DNA of 64,000 nucleotides from Macrostomum hystrix (GCA_950097015.1 CATNEN010000024.1:2418001-2482000); one strand, 5' to 3'; numbered from the stretch's first letter, positions 25,301 through 38,018 are shown. Notes: a model not told the origin generated them from the letters alone. Numbers and translations are program-made.

Positions 25301-28300
25301 AGAATCGACGAGGTCTGGAGAATCGACGAGGTCTGGAGAATCGACGAGGTCTGGAGAATCGACGAGGTCTGGAGAATCGACGAGGTCTGGAGAATCGACG
25401 AGGTCTGGAGAATCGACGAGGTCTGGAGAATCGACGAGGTCTGGAGAATCGACGAGGTCTGGAGAATCGACGAGGTCTGGAGAATCGACGAGGTCTGGAG
25501 AATCGACGAGGTCTGGAGAATCGACGAGGTCTGGAGAATCGACGAGGTCTGGAGAATCGACGAGGTCTGGAGAATCGACGAGGTCTGGAGAATCGACGAG
25601 GTCTGGAGAATCGACGAGGTCTGGAGAATCGACGAGGTCTGGAGAATCGACGAGGTCTGGAGAATCGACGAGGTCTGGAGAATCGACGAGGTCTGGAGAA
25701 TCGACGAGGTCTGGAGAATCGACGAAGTGGAGAGAATCGACGAGGTCTGGAGAATCGACGAAGTGGAGAGAATCGACGAAGTGGAGAGAATCGACGAAGT
25801 TGAGAATTGACGAAGTGGAGAGAATCAACGAAGTGGAGAGATTCGACGAAGTGGAGAGAATCGACGAAGTGGAGAGAATCGACGAAGTTGAGAGAATCGA
25901 CGAAGTTGAGAACCGATGAAGTTGAGAACCGATGAAGTTGAGAACCGATGAAGTTGAGAACCGATGAAGTTGAGAACCGACGAAGTGGAGAGATTCGACG
26001 AAGTTGAGAATCCACGAAGTTGAGAACCGACGAAGTGGAGAACCGACGAAGTGGAGAGATTCGACGAAGTTGAGAATTGACGAAGTGGAGAGAATCTACG
26101 AAGTGGAGAGAATCGACGAAGTTGAGAGAATCAACGAAGTGGAGAGAATCGACGAAGTGGAGAGAATCGACGAAGTTGAGAGAATCAACGAAGTGGAGAG
26201 AATCGACGAAGTGGAGAGAATCGACGAAGTAGAGAGAATCAACGAAGTGGAGAGAATCGACGAAGTGGAGAGAATCCACGAAGTAGAGAGAATCAACGAA
26301 GTGGAGAGAACCGACGAAGTGGAGAGATTCGACGAAGTTGAGAATCCACGAAGTTGAGAACCGACGAAGTGGAGAACCGACGAAGTGGAGAGATTCGACG
26401 AAGTTGAGAATTGACGAAGTGGAGAGAATCTACGAAGTGGAGAGAATCGACGAAGTTGAGAGAATCAACGAAGTGGAGAGAATCTACGAAGTGGAGAGAA
26501 TCGACGAAGTTGAGAGAATCAACGAAGTGGAGAGAATCGACGAAGTTGTGAGAATCAACTAATTTGCGAGAATCGACGAAGTTCAGAGAATCAACGAAGT
26601 GGAGAGAATCGACGAAGTGGAGAGAATCCACGAAGTGGAGAGAATCAACGAAGTGGAGAGAATCGACGAAGTGGAGAGAATCAACGAAGTGGAGAGAATC
26701 AACGAAGTGGAGAGAATCGACGAAGTGGAGAGAATTGACGAAGTTGAGAACCGATGAAGTTGAGAACCGATGAAGTTGAGAACCGACGAAGTGGAGAGAT
26801 TCGACGAAGTTGAGAATCCACGAAGTTGAGAACCGACGAAGTGGAGAGAATCGACGAAGTGGAGAGAATTGACGAAGTTGAGAACCGATGAAGTTGAGAA
26901 CCGATGAAGTTGAGAACCGACGAAGTGGAGAGATTCGACGAAGTTGAGAATCCACGAAGTTGAGAACCGACGAAGTGGAGAACCGACGAAGTGGAGAGAT
27001 TCGACGAAGTTGAGAATCCACGAAGTTGAGAACCGACGAAGTGGAGAACCGACGAAGTGGAGAGATTCGACGAAGTTGAGAATTGACGAAGTGGAGAGAA
27101 TCTACGAAGTGGAGAGAATCGACGAAGTTGAGAGAATCAACGAAGTGGAGAGAATCGACGAAGTTGTGAGAATCAACTAATTTGCGAGAATCGACGAAGT
27201 TCAGAGAATCAACGAAGTGGAGAGAATCGACGAAGTGGAGAGAATCCACGAAGTAGAGAGAATCAACGAAGTGGAGAGAATCGACGAAGTGGAGAGGATC
27301 GACGAAGTGGAGAGAATCGACGAAGTGGAGAGAATCGACGAAGTTGAGAATCGACGAAGTGGAGAGAATCAACGAAGTGGAGAGAATCGACGAAGTGGAG
27401 AGAATCGACGAAGTGGAGAAAATCAACGAAGTGGAGAGAATCGACGAAGTGGAGAGAATCGACGAAGTTGAGAATCGACGAAGTGGAGAGAATCAACGAA
27501 GTGGAGAGAATCGACGAAGTGGAGAGAATTGACGAAGTTGAGAACCGATGAAGTTGAGAACCGATGAAGTTGAGAACCGACGAAGTGGAGAGATTCGACG
27601 AAGTTGAGAATCCACGAAGTTGAGAACCGACGAAGTGGAGAACCGACGAAGTGGAGAGATTCGACGAAGTTGAGAATCCACGAAGTTGAGAACCGACGAA
27701 GTGGAGAACCGACGAAGTGGAGAGATTCGACGAAGTTGAGAATTGACGAAGTGGAGAGAATCTACGAAGTGGAGAGAATCGACGAAGTTGAGAGAATCAA
27801 CGAAGTGGAGAGAATCGACGAAGTTGTGAGAATCAACTAATTTGCGAGAATCGACGAAGTTCAGAGAATCAACGAAGTGGAGAGAATCGACGAAGTGGAG
27901 AGAATCCACGAAGTAGAGAGAATCAACGAAGTGGAGAGAATCGACGAAGTGGAGAGGATCGACGAAGTGGAGAGAATCGACGAAGTGGAGAGAATCGACG
28001 AAGTTGAGAACCGACGAAGTTGAGAACCGATGAAGTTGAGAACCGATGAAGTTGAGAACCGACGAAGTGGAGAGATTCGACGAAGTTGAGAATCCACGAA
28101 GTTGAGAACCGACGAAGTGGAGAACCGACGAAGTGGAGAGATTCGACGAAGTTGAGAATTGACGAAGTGGAGAGAATCTACGAAGTGGAGAGAATCGACG
28201 AAGTTGAGAGAATCAACGAAGTGGAGAGAATCGACGAAGTTGTGAGAATCAACTAATTTGCGAGAATCGACGAAGTTCAGAGAATCAACGAAGTGGAGAG

Positions 28301-31300
28301 AATCGACGAAGTGGAGAGAATCCACGAAGTAGAGAGAATCAACGAAGTGGAGAGAATCGACGAAGTGGAGAGAATCGACGAAGTGGAGAAAATCAACGAA
28401 GTGGAGAGAATCGACGAAGTGGAGAGAATCGACGAAGTGGAGAGAATCGACGAAGTGGAGAGAATCGACGAAGTAGAGAGAATCAACGAAGTGGAGAGAA
28501 TCGACGAAGTGGAGAGAATCGACGAAGTGGAGAGAATCGACGAAGTGGAGAGAATTGACGAAGTTGAGAACCGACGAAGTTGAGAACCGATGAAGTTGAG
28601 AACCGATGAAGTTGAGAACCGACGAAGTGGAGAGATTCGACGAAGTTGAGAATCCACGAAGTTGAGAACCGACGAAGTGGAGAACCGACGAAGTGGAGAG
28701 ATTCGACGAAGTTGAGAATCCACGAAGTTGAGAACCGACGAAGTGGAGAGAATCTACGAAGTGGAGAGAATCGACGAAGTTGAGAGAATCGACAAAGTTG
28801 AGAACCGATGAAGTTGAGAACCGACGAAGTGGAGAGAATCGACGAAGTTGAGAATCGACGAAGTGGAGAGAATCGACGAAGTTGTGAGAATCAACTAATT
28901 TGCGAGAATCGACGAAGTTCAGAGAATCGACAAAGTTGTGAGAATCAACTAATTTGCGAGAATCAACTAATTTTCGAGAATCGACGAAGTTGAGAGTATC
29001 GACGAAGTTCAGAGAATCGACGAAGTTGAGAGTATCGACGAAGTTACGAATCTAAAATTCTAATTCCTTAATTGACAGACCTATTTTGTATTGAGCATTG
29101 CTAGGTTCTAATTTTTTTTACAGAATTACTTTCAAGGGATCACAAACTGCTAAAAATGCAGCATATAACAATGGCAGCAGTCAGAAATGCTTAAAATTGC
29201 TTTCCAACAAAATCAACAGCTTTTATAGAAATTAGAAAAATGCTGCATTCTCTTGTTAGAAGGCTGGGATAAATTGTCTGCGATGGGAAAAGCTGCACTA
29301 AGTGCACCTTCGGTGTTGTTTTCCACGACAGACATAAAAAGCTTTTTTATCTTTTTCGTCTGCTACATTTTTTCATTTTATTTTACTAAAATAAATTTTT
29401 GTTTATTTGGGCTTATTCTGATCGGGGCAAATATAGAATAAAAAGGAAAAATTTTTAATTGCTAATTTTAATAGCAGAATCAAGATCTGCTATGGATGGC
29501 AATTATGGCTGTTATCAGCTTGTTGAATTTGTTGAATGTCAATAGAATTAATTTTTTATACAGATAGACAAATAGAAATGATGTGCCGTTCAGTCTATCA
29601 GATTGGCTCAGATTCGAACTGTCGACCTCTCGGTCAGAAGTCTGGGTCTTAAATAAATTCACAACAAAACTGTGGATCAATTCAATGTCATATTTGCAAC
29701 AGGCTGACTGGTATTAAGGATTTGTTTAAATAAAACTAACCCACGATTTAAGACCCGTGCAGTTACAAAACTGTTTTTATGGCACCTCTCAAAGAGCTCT
29801 TGCTAATTGGATTGGTCAGAAATGATAAATGTGAGCAAAATGAATGATTCATAAGCCTCGTCTGTGAGCTAGGCACAGTCAAAACTGATCACAATCTATT
29901 TTACCTGCTTTTTTTACAATCCGCTTGTCATGTTAGCTTGTGCGGGATTCAGTACCCTGTTCAGAAGGATGGGATTCTGGGCTGACATCTTGAAGGATGG
30001 GATTCTGGACTGACATCTTGAAGGATGGGATTCTGAACTGACATCTTGAAGGATGGGATTCTGGACTGACATCTTGAAGGATGGGATTCTGGACTGACAT
30101 CTTGCAGGATGGGATTCTGGACTGACATCTTGAAGGATGGGATTCTGGACTGACATCTTGAAGGATGGGATTCTGGGCTGACATCTTGAAGGATGGGATT
30201 CTGGACTGACATCTTGAAGGATGGGATTCTGGGCTGACATCTTGCAGGATAGGATTCTGGAATGACATCTTGAAGGATGGGATTCTGGAATGACATCTTG
30301 AAGGATGGGATTCTGGAATGACATCTTGAAGGATGGGATTCTGGAATGACATCTTGAAGGATGGGATTCTGGACTGACATCTTGAAGGATGGGATTCTGG
30401 AATGACATCTTGAAGGATGGGATTCTGGAATGACATCTTGAAGGATGGGATTCTGGAATGAAATCTTGAAGGATGGGATTCTGGACTGACATCTTGAAGG
30501 ATGGGATTCTGGAATGACATCTTGAAGGATGGGATTCTGGAATGACATCTTGAAGGATGGGATTCTGGAATGACATCTTGAAGGATGGGATTACGGAATA
30601 AACATGTCAATAAGATAAGACTCTGAACATTGTAGGATGGGATTCTCGAGTACATTTCTTGTGGGATGGTTTCTGGAATATATTCTACGATATTTTTGAC
30701 ATTACTGAAAATTTCAGATTGACTTCGTTAACTTTCGCTCAATAGGATTACACTCAAGAAAAAATGAGTACGACAGTGATTGGCAAACAGCTATTTTTAG
30801 CTTATTCCCGTTTCCGCTTTCACTTGGTTTCTCGGAATTTTCTAACCAGCTCACGTTTTTTATTATTTTTGGTTTAGTTGAGCATAGCCTGGAGAGTTTG
30901 AATGTCAGTTTTTAAACCTAAGCGAATTTTATGCACTTCAGGCAACTCAAGATAAGAAAGCAATTGAGCTTGTTTGGAATCAGTCCACATGATCGTCATG
31001 CTTCAGCCACTCAGATGATTAAAATAGTACTAAAATATAAACTAGACATTTATATAATTACTAAATTTACTCAAATCTTGCGTACAAAGATATAGAGAAA
31101 CAGTTTGTGCATGAAAACTTATATTTACTCGTTAAGGAAAGTTTTTCGTGTCGTGAAAAAAATCCCTTATTTTTCGTATGACCCCAAGTAAAAGAAGAAA
31201 AAATGTTCACTCTTGTTCAATATGCATAATTAAATTTAGAATTGTTCTGATTTTTTATAATTTTCTGCTTCAGCAAAAGCACTGCCGCTCTATTAAGGTG

Positions 31301-32123
31301 ATTAGAGCTCCGTGTCCATTTAATTTCCTCCGAATGAGGAGTTTCACTTGTCAATATCACTAATTAATGCTTATTAACAATTTAGTTTCGACTTTTAGCG
31401 TCTTCCAATACAGAATAACTACAGCTATAGACAAAAGGAACAGAGGTATAGGAAATGCAGAAACTCACAAATGAAAGGATTACTCACTATTCACACGCCC
31501 GCATTGGCTAACTCCCAACTTCTCAACAACACCTGAGCCTGTCTTCGCTGCAGTCTTATGCTATATAAAATAGGTACGAGCTTTATCCTTTCATTTGCAG
31601 GGATAGCAATTATTTCAATTGCACAAGCAAAGTAGGATGACTCGAATAATTTAAATAGCGGAAATCTTCAGAAGCACTTTAGGAGATCGATATAGTCCTT
31701 CTAAAAAATCATATACAGACAAAAATTGAAACGCAAGGCAAAACGCACATTGCAGGCATGATGTCAACAGTGATTGCCACGCTGATTGTGAGAAGTCGCG
31801 ACGATCGGGCTCGTGTGAAATTCGAATGGCAAATTGCGCTGAGCAGCGCGGCAGCCACCCAGGTGATCGCCGGCGTTGTCTACCTCATGTTCGCCTCGGC
31901 TGAAGAGCAGTCCTGGACCTCGGCGGCTGGCGACGTCAGCGGAGGCGGCGGCGATGTTACTGAGGACGATGAAGCTGAAGATCTGGATGATGAATTCTGC
32001 GTTGGTGGCAACGCCCGCGCCGGTGGTGGATCGAGCGGAGGCGTCGACGCAGGCGAAGCAGGCGACGGTCAGTCGACGAGTTTGAACTACTCGAGCGACT
32101 TGATGGACGACAACAGGTGCTGA
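16368..32123 (+). CDS. SLC17-family (VGLUT/sialin-like) MFS anion transporter, 590 aa; exons 16368-17499, 23572-23736, 24763-24870, 31756-32123
   Basis: Motifs [12 protein letters not shown]...[71 protein letters not shown] and W....[11 protein letters not shown]. Three phase-1 GT-AG introns; exon lengths sum to 1773 nt = 591 codons. Confidence 0.9.
17549..18158. repeat. 37-bp minisatellite, ~16 copies, same family as 4430-4978, in SLC17 intron 1
   Basis: Unit GATTGCTAATCTATCCTATGCATGATGGAATAGAATG. Confidence 0.93.
18715..19222. repeat. 16-bp purine-rich minisatellite (GAGATGAGACAGGGGA), ~31 copies; resumes at ~19928-20000
   Basis: Direct tandem periodicity, interrupted by a LINE fragment. 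Confidence 0.93.
19223..19927 (-). mobile_element. 5'-truncated non-LTR retrotransposon (RTE-like), C-terminal RT/thumb region with (TA)n 3' tail
   Basis: Minus-strand translation [10 protein letters not shown]...FRYLGS...[19 protein letters not shown]...[12 protein letters not shown]...GH.LR...GR is typical of the RTE-clade C-terminus. Stop at 19248, followed by a (TA)6 tail. Confidence 0.85.
21495..23375. repeat. ~20-bp purine-rich minisatellite (GAGGGCGAGAGATGGAATGC), ~90 copies with higher-order blocks
   Basis: Direct tandem periodicity in SLC17 intron 1. Confidence 0.95.
23762..24565. repeat. (GAGAGG)n polypurine microsatellite with a ~390-bp internal duplication
   Basis: Near-pure A/G on the + strand; identical variant blocks start at 23886 and 24276. 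Confidence 0.93.
25105..29045. repeat. 18-bp minisatellite (GAGAATCGACGAGGTCTG, then GAGAGAATCGACGAAGTG variants), ~3.9 kb, in SLC17 intron 3
   Basis: Direct tandem periodicity; source of the IDEVWR, RRGLEN and VDSLHF artefact ORFs. Confidence 0.96.
29595..29650 (-). mobile_element. Isolated tRNA-like SINE head fragment
   Basis: Reverse complement GACTTCTGACCGAGAGGTCGACAGTTCGAATCTGAGCC contains a B-box-like AGTTCGAATC and resembles the head at 53730. Confidence 0.45.
29965..30595. repeat. 28-bp minisatellite (TGACATCTTGAAGGATGGGATTCTGGAM), ~22 copies
   Basis: Direct tandem periodicity. Confidence 0.94.
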
Positions 32124-32162
32124 TGATCCAAATAGCGTGGAGATGCTGTGTAGCTCTTAACA

Positions 32163-32425
32163 GTGTGAGGGTTGCAACCCAAGCTGTGTATCATAGTGAG
32201 GGTTGCAACCCAAGCTGTGTATCATAGTGAGGGTTGCAACCCAAGCTGTGTATCATAGTGAGGGTTGCAACCCAAGCTGTGTATCATAGTGAGGGTTGCA
32301 ACCCAAGCTGTGTATCATAGTGAGGGTTGCAACCCAAGCTGTGTATCATAGTGAGGGTTGCAACCCAAGCTGTGTATCATAGTGAGGGTTGCAACCCAAG
32401 ATGTGTATCATTGTGAGGGTTGCAA
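32163..32425. repeat. 31-bp minisatellite with a 12-bp palindrome (GTGAGGGTTGCAACCCAAGCTGTGTATCATA), ~8 copies, just 3' of the SLC17 stop
   Basis: Direct tandem periodicity; GGGTTGCAACCC is self-complementary. Confidence 0.93.
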
Positions 32426-33289
32426 CAAAAATATTTGTGTTTTTGCTGAGCTTGATGAAATGTGTTTGTGTAGCAGTTTTGTGGTCGCGAGTTCGCGAAT
32501 AATTAAGAGCTAGGCGGTGGTCTTTTGTATTGTTTGCTGAGTCTCGTATGAGATCAGAAAGGGTTGACTATTGCTGGATCGGATGCAGTATATTTATAGT
32601 GTATTTTAGTGTTTCCGGAAGTTTCTAGAAATATACTTATTGTACGGTAAAACAAATTTAATCGAGCTACTTATTATTATAGTTAGGTGTGGGCGCATAT
32701 TGAATTTGTGCTAGATACTTACAATTTGATATACAAAAATTTATGGTTAAATACGCGAATATTGTACTCAAGGAATATTCTACGAGTAGAAAAAATGGGG
32801 AAGTTTAATTTGTGCTATTTCAAAGAATTCTCAAGAAGTCGATATTTTCGTATCGCATGTGAGTTTCGCGAATTATGGTCGCTACAAGGTCACTACAATT
32901 GCTTGTAGAGGTTTTAGGCCAGTATTTCAAAACATTTATCTAGTCTTTGACTCTCAGAAAAGGAATTCATTTTCCTTCACCATCCTAGAGTTTACTACTC
33001 TCATCCGAACGTGTTACTGTGAGTAGAAATGTTTAGAAGATTTCACTGAAATCAATTAAATCAATCTTCATTGTTTTTGTGCACTGGAGAGAATATAAAT
33101 CCTGCTTAAAAATTCTTCATTTTAAATATACCTAAAAAACTAGCTTATTTAAAAACTTTTTTGTATATTTTTACTTTGTGCTTTTCGTTACTTAAGACTT
33201 TTAATTTCGAAGATTGTGAAATTTTGAAGAGATTAATCACACAGAAACGGATGCCTAGCTAAAGAAATCTCACAATAAAACGTCGAATG

Positions 33290-33900
33290 AAATCTCACAC
33301 AATGAAATCTCACCCCATGAAATCTTACCCCAATGAAATCTCACCCCATGAAATCTTACCCCAATGAAATCTCACACAATGAAATCTCACACAATGAAAT
33401 CTCACACAATGAAATCTCACACAATGAAATCTCACACAATGAAATCTCACCCCATGAAATCTTACCCCAATGAAATCTCACCCCATGAAATCTTACCCCA
33501 ATGAAATCTCACACAATGAAATCTCACACAATGAAATCTCACACAATGAAATCTCACACAATAAAATCTCACACAATAAAATCTCACACAATGAAATCTC
33601 ACACACAATGAAATCTCACACAATGAAATCTCACACAATGAAATCTCACACAATGAAATCTCACACAATGAAATCTCACCCCAGTGAAATCTCACCCCAG
33701 TGAAATCTCACCCCAGTGAAATCTCACCCCAATGATATCTCTTCCTAATGAAATCTCACACAATGAAACCTCACGCCAATGATATCTCACCCCAATGAAA
33801 TCTTACCGTAATGAAATCTCACACAGTGAAATCTCACCCCAGTAAAATCTCACACAATGAAATCTCACAATTAAATCTAACAATAAAATTTCACTCCAAT
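33290..33900. repeat. 15-17-bp minisatellite (AATGAAATCTCACAC)
   Basis: Direct tandem periodicity. Confidence 0.9.
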
Positions 33901-34893
33901 TAAATCTCACCCCGCTGATATCTCAAATCATCCTATTGAAACTCACTCAATGAATGCGGCAAGCATCAAATCGGATAGTTTTTGTTGAAATCCTTGAAAA
34001 TGTATTTTTAGCTGCGACAAACAAGTTCCACACAGATTCAAAGTCTCAAGTCAGGTTAGGAAAAAATGCAAATCAAAATTTCAATCTTTCGAGATCATCT
34101 TTCTTTGGCTAGCCGCGAGGCAAAATCAACATTCTAATCTGGTCTCATCTTACCGTTGCTCATTCATCATTCTCAAACTGCTATTGAAATTACTCAAAAT
34201 CATCGATTGGTTCCGTGGTTCGTCCAACCAATGAGCTGCTATCACAAGCTCTGTGCTGGCGGGCATAAACTCGCGACTGCCGCGCGACCCGAGGGACTCC
34301 TTCGCTTCCTCCTGGTATCGCCGCTGTCACTGTCTCCGAAAAAAACGCCGTCAAGAGATTCGGGTGCCTCAGTCAACCAGGTGAGTATATAACAATGCGA
34401 TTCCGATGAGAATGCACATTTTTTTCTCAAAAACCCAATCAAGCGAAACTGCGAATCAATTTAGCCAGATGATAAAAAAACTCGCGCTTTGAAGTGGCGT
34501 CGATAATATTTATTTAAAATATCAATCACAAATCTCTGCATTACACCGTGTAAAATAGAACAAATCACTTTTAAAGCTAATTTTTTAAGCTTAAAAAGCT
34601 TTATTGCAAATCGACGTGATTCTTTCTCCACGCACCACTGCCATTCTTCCGGCGCTAGAAAACCCTAAAAATTAAAATAGAAATGCCGATTCAGCTAAAA
34701 CCTTTCCTAGCGTAGGTAGACTGTCAGCATAGCATGCCTTTAGCTAAACCTGCTCGCTAGCTAATTACAAAAATGCGTAGGCGCTTAGAAACCTGATGGC
34801 TAGGTTGCAACACTAGTAGTTAAAGCTATTTATGTCAGGAGACAATGCGTTTGATTATTCCCACGCAATATCGACACCCGATCCAAGACAGCC

Positions 34894-35187
34894 ATGCCGC
34901 GATTCACCGCCGTCCTATTGATCTGCGCGACGCTTCTGATCGTCGACTTTGCCGGAGTTGACTGCCTACCGAACAGCCACGCGTTTCTGCGGACCCAGTC
35001 TGGCGATCGGCATCTGGACGAAGCCGACTGGCAGCATCTGAGCGACGCCCTGGAGCTGGCCAATCAGCTGCTCGAGCAGCAGAACTTGGACAGCGCCGCC
35101 AGAGAAACTGGCGAGGACTCGGCGGCGACTGAGAAGCGGGGCTTCCGGGGCAGCCTTCGCTTCGGCTCGAATTTCGGCAAGAAGTGA
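34894..35187 (+). CDS. Neuropeptide precursor, 97 aa; predicted product GFRGSLRFGSNF-amide
   Basis: N-terminal hydrophobic signal peptide (MPRFTAVLLICATLLIVDFAGVDC), acidic spacer, then KR-GFRGSLRFGSNF-G-KK-stop (dibasic cleavage plus Gly amide donor). GC-rich coding island in AT-rich flanks. Confidence 0.82.
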   Translation: MPRFTAVLLICATLLIVDFAGVDCLPNSHAFLRTQSGDRHLDEADWQHLSDALELANQLLEQQNLDSAARETGEDSAATEKRGFRGSLRFGSNFGKK

Positions 35188-35274
35188 GCCCTGCCGGGAT
35201 GCATCTGCGCTTTGAGAAGGGGATCAGCCAACCTTTGAGTCCACTCACACCGTGAAATCTCCTTCAGCTAGCTA

Positions 35275-37220
35275 TCACAGACAGCAAATCTACTCTCTTA
35301 ATGACAGCAAATCTACTCTCTTAATGACAGCAAATCTACCCTCTCAATGACAGCAAGTCTACCCTCTCAATGACAGCAAGTCTACCCTCTCAATGACAGC
35401 AAATCTACCCTCTCAATGACAGCAAGTCTACCCTCTCAATGACAGCAAGTCTACCCTCTCAATGACAGCAAGTCTACCCTCTCAATGACAGCAAGTCTAC
35501 CCTCTCAATGACAGCAAGTCTACCCTCTCAATGACAGCAAGTCTACCCTCGCAATGACAGCAAATCTACCCTCTCAATGACAGCAAATCTACTCTCTTAA
35601 TGACAGCAAATCTACTCTCTTAATGACAGCAAATCTACCCTCTCAATGACAGCAAGTCTACCCTCTCAATGACAGCAAGTCTACTCTCTTAATGACAGCA
35701 AATCTACTCTCTTAATGACAGCAAGTCTACCCTCTCAATGACAGCAAGTCTACCCTCTCAATGACAGCAAGTCTACCCTCTCAATGACAGCAAGTCTACC
35801 CTCTCAATGACAGCAAGTCTACCCTCTCAATGACAGCAAGTCTACCCTCGCAATGACAGCAAATCTACCCTCTCAATGACAGCAAATCTACTCTCTTAAT
35901 GACAGCAAATCTACTCTCTTAATGACAGCAAATCTACCCTCTCAATGACAGCAAGTCTACCCTCTCAATGACAGCAAGTCTACTCTCTTAATGACAGCAA
36001 ATCTACTCTCTTAATGACAGCAAGTCTACCCTCTCAATGACAGCAAGTCTACTCTCTCAATGACAGCAAGTCTACTCTCTTAATGACAGCAAGTCTACCC
36101 TCTCAATGACAGCAAATCTACCCTCTCAATGACAGCAAGTCTACCCTCGCAATGACAGCAAATCTACCCTCTCAATGACAGCAAGTCTACCCTCTCAATG
36201 ACAGCAAATCTACCCTCTCAATGACAGCAAATCTACCCTCTCAATGACAGCAAGTCTACTCTCTCAATGACAACAAATCCGCCCCCTTTAATAACAAAAG
36301 ATCCGCCCCCCTTAATAACAAAAGATCCGCCCCCTTAATAACAAAAGATCCGCCCCCCTTAGTAACAACGAATCCGCCACTTTAATGACAACAAATCCGC
36401 CACTTTAATAACAACAAATCTGCCACTTTAATAACAACAAATCCGCCACTTTAATGACAACAAATCTGCCACTTTAATAACAACAAATCTGCCACTTTAA
36501 TAACAACAAAGCCGCCACTTTAATGACAACAAATCCGCCACTTTAATAACAACAAATCTGCCACTTTAATAACAACAAAGCCGCCACTTTAATAACAACA
36601 AATCCGCCACTTTAATGACAACAAAGCCGCCACTTTAATAACAACAAATCTGCCACTTTAATGACAACAAATCCGCCACTTTAATGACAACAAAGCCGCC
36701 ACTTTAATAACAACAAATCCGCCACTTTAATAACAACAAAGCCGCCACTTTAATAACAACAAATCTGCCACTTTAATGACAACAAAGCCGCCACTTTAAT
36801 AACAACAAATCCGCCACTTTAATAACAACAAAGCCGCCACTTTAATAACAACAAAGCCGCCACTTTAATGACAACAAAGCCGCCACTTTAATAACAACAA
36901 ATCCGCCACTTTAATAACAACAAAGCCGCCACTTTAATAACAACAAATCTGCCACTTTAATAACAACAAATCCGCCACTTTAATAACAACAAATCTGCCA
37001 CTTTAATAACAACAAAGCCGCCACTTTAATAACAACAAATCTGCCACTTTAATAACAACAAATCCGCCACTTTAATAACAACAAATCTGCCACTTTAATA
37101 ACAACAAAGCCGCCACTTTAATAACAACAAATCCGCCACTTTAATAACAAGAAATCTGCCACTTTAATAACAACAAATCCGCCACTTTAATAACAACAAA
37201 TCCGCCACTTTAATGACACA
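35275..37220. repeat. Compound 23-bp minisatellite: GACAGCAAGTCTACCCTCTCAAT (to ~36270), then AACAACAAATCCGCCACTTTAAT
   Basis: Direct tandem periodicity; the two related unit types share period 23. Confidence 0.94.
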
Positions 37221-37699
37221 TATCCGCCCCCTTTGTTGACAATAAATCTAATGACAACCTATTCGCCCCTAAAAAATAGTAAATGTGCCATTTATATTTG
37301 TCTTTCCATTAACAGTGTACAGAAATTTGCAGGACAAAAAAAGTTTGTAGCAAACTCTCTACTACCAATGCACTTTTTAAAATCGAACTGTTAGTTTTGA
37401 GCCAAGCTCGGCAACTTGAAGTTGAATTTTAGTCGAAACAGAACTGAACAAACGAAACAGAGAAACAGAATATTTGATTTTATTCAACCTGCTATACTAA
37501 ATTAACTATCTAACTATATACAATCCGCGAACTATACAAGCAGCAGTGGCAGTCCAGTTCTGGAACCGCAAGCCAAAAACCAACTTAAAATGCTAATTCA
37601 ATGTGATCAACGGCCTGATCAGCTTGTCATGCCGCACCTCTCTTGCTGAATCTGGGCTAGTTTTGTATTTTATTGAACGGGGATTTTGGTGAATCGAGA

Positions 37700-38018
37700 T
37701 ATTTTTTATTTATAATTACAATATTTACAGTGACTAACTACACCTGGCCCAATCGGGCCAGATGTGCAGCCGACAGCACAGCCGCAGCTATTGCGCGGCG
37801 CATCTGAAAGACTGCGTTCAGCTGTTCAGTCCATGGACTGGGGGGATGCCACACCCACCCTCAATTACACCAGCTAGTGCTGGTACCCATTTAACAGCTG
37901 GATGAACGGAAGCAACGCAGAGTTAAGTGCCTTGCAAAAGGACACAATTAGTTCCAGTGGAGTCGGGAATCGAATCCCCGACCTTCAGTTGTAACTTCAA
38001 CGCTTTAAACACTAGGCA
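37700..38018 (-). mobile_element. tRNA-derived SINE (family 1) with a CORE-like domain
   Basis: Reverse complement has an A-box-like TAGTGTTTAAAGC and a B-box GATTCGATTCCC, followed by TGTGTCCTTTTGCAAGGCACTTAAC...CAGCTGTTAAATGGGTACC, which resembles the MIR/CORE consensus (TGTGTGACCTTGGGCAAG..ACTTAAC...CTGTAAAATGGG). Confidence 0.7.

Noticed and set aside
24788-28993. Many long repetitive ORFs (IDEVWR, RRGLEN, VDSPDL)
   Set aside because: All frames of an 18-bp array inside SLC17 intron 3.
32163-32425. CRISPR-like 31-bp palindromic repeats
   Set aside because: Units abut with no unique spacers, there are no cas genes, and the context is eukaryotic; the same applies to all other arrays.
8617-35187. 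Idea that the neuropeptide is the ligand of the nearby class-B GPCR or co-functions with the SLC17 gene
   Set aside because: Proximity alone is no evidence in an animal genome, and the peptide does not resemble class-B ligands.
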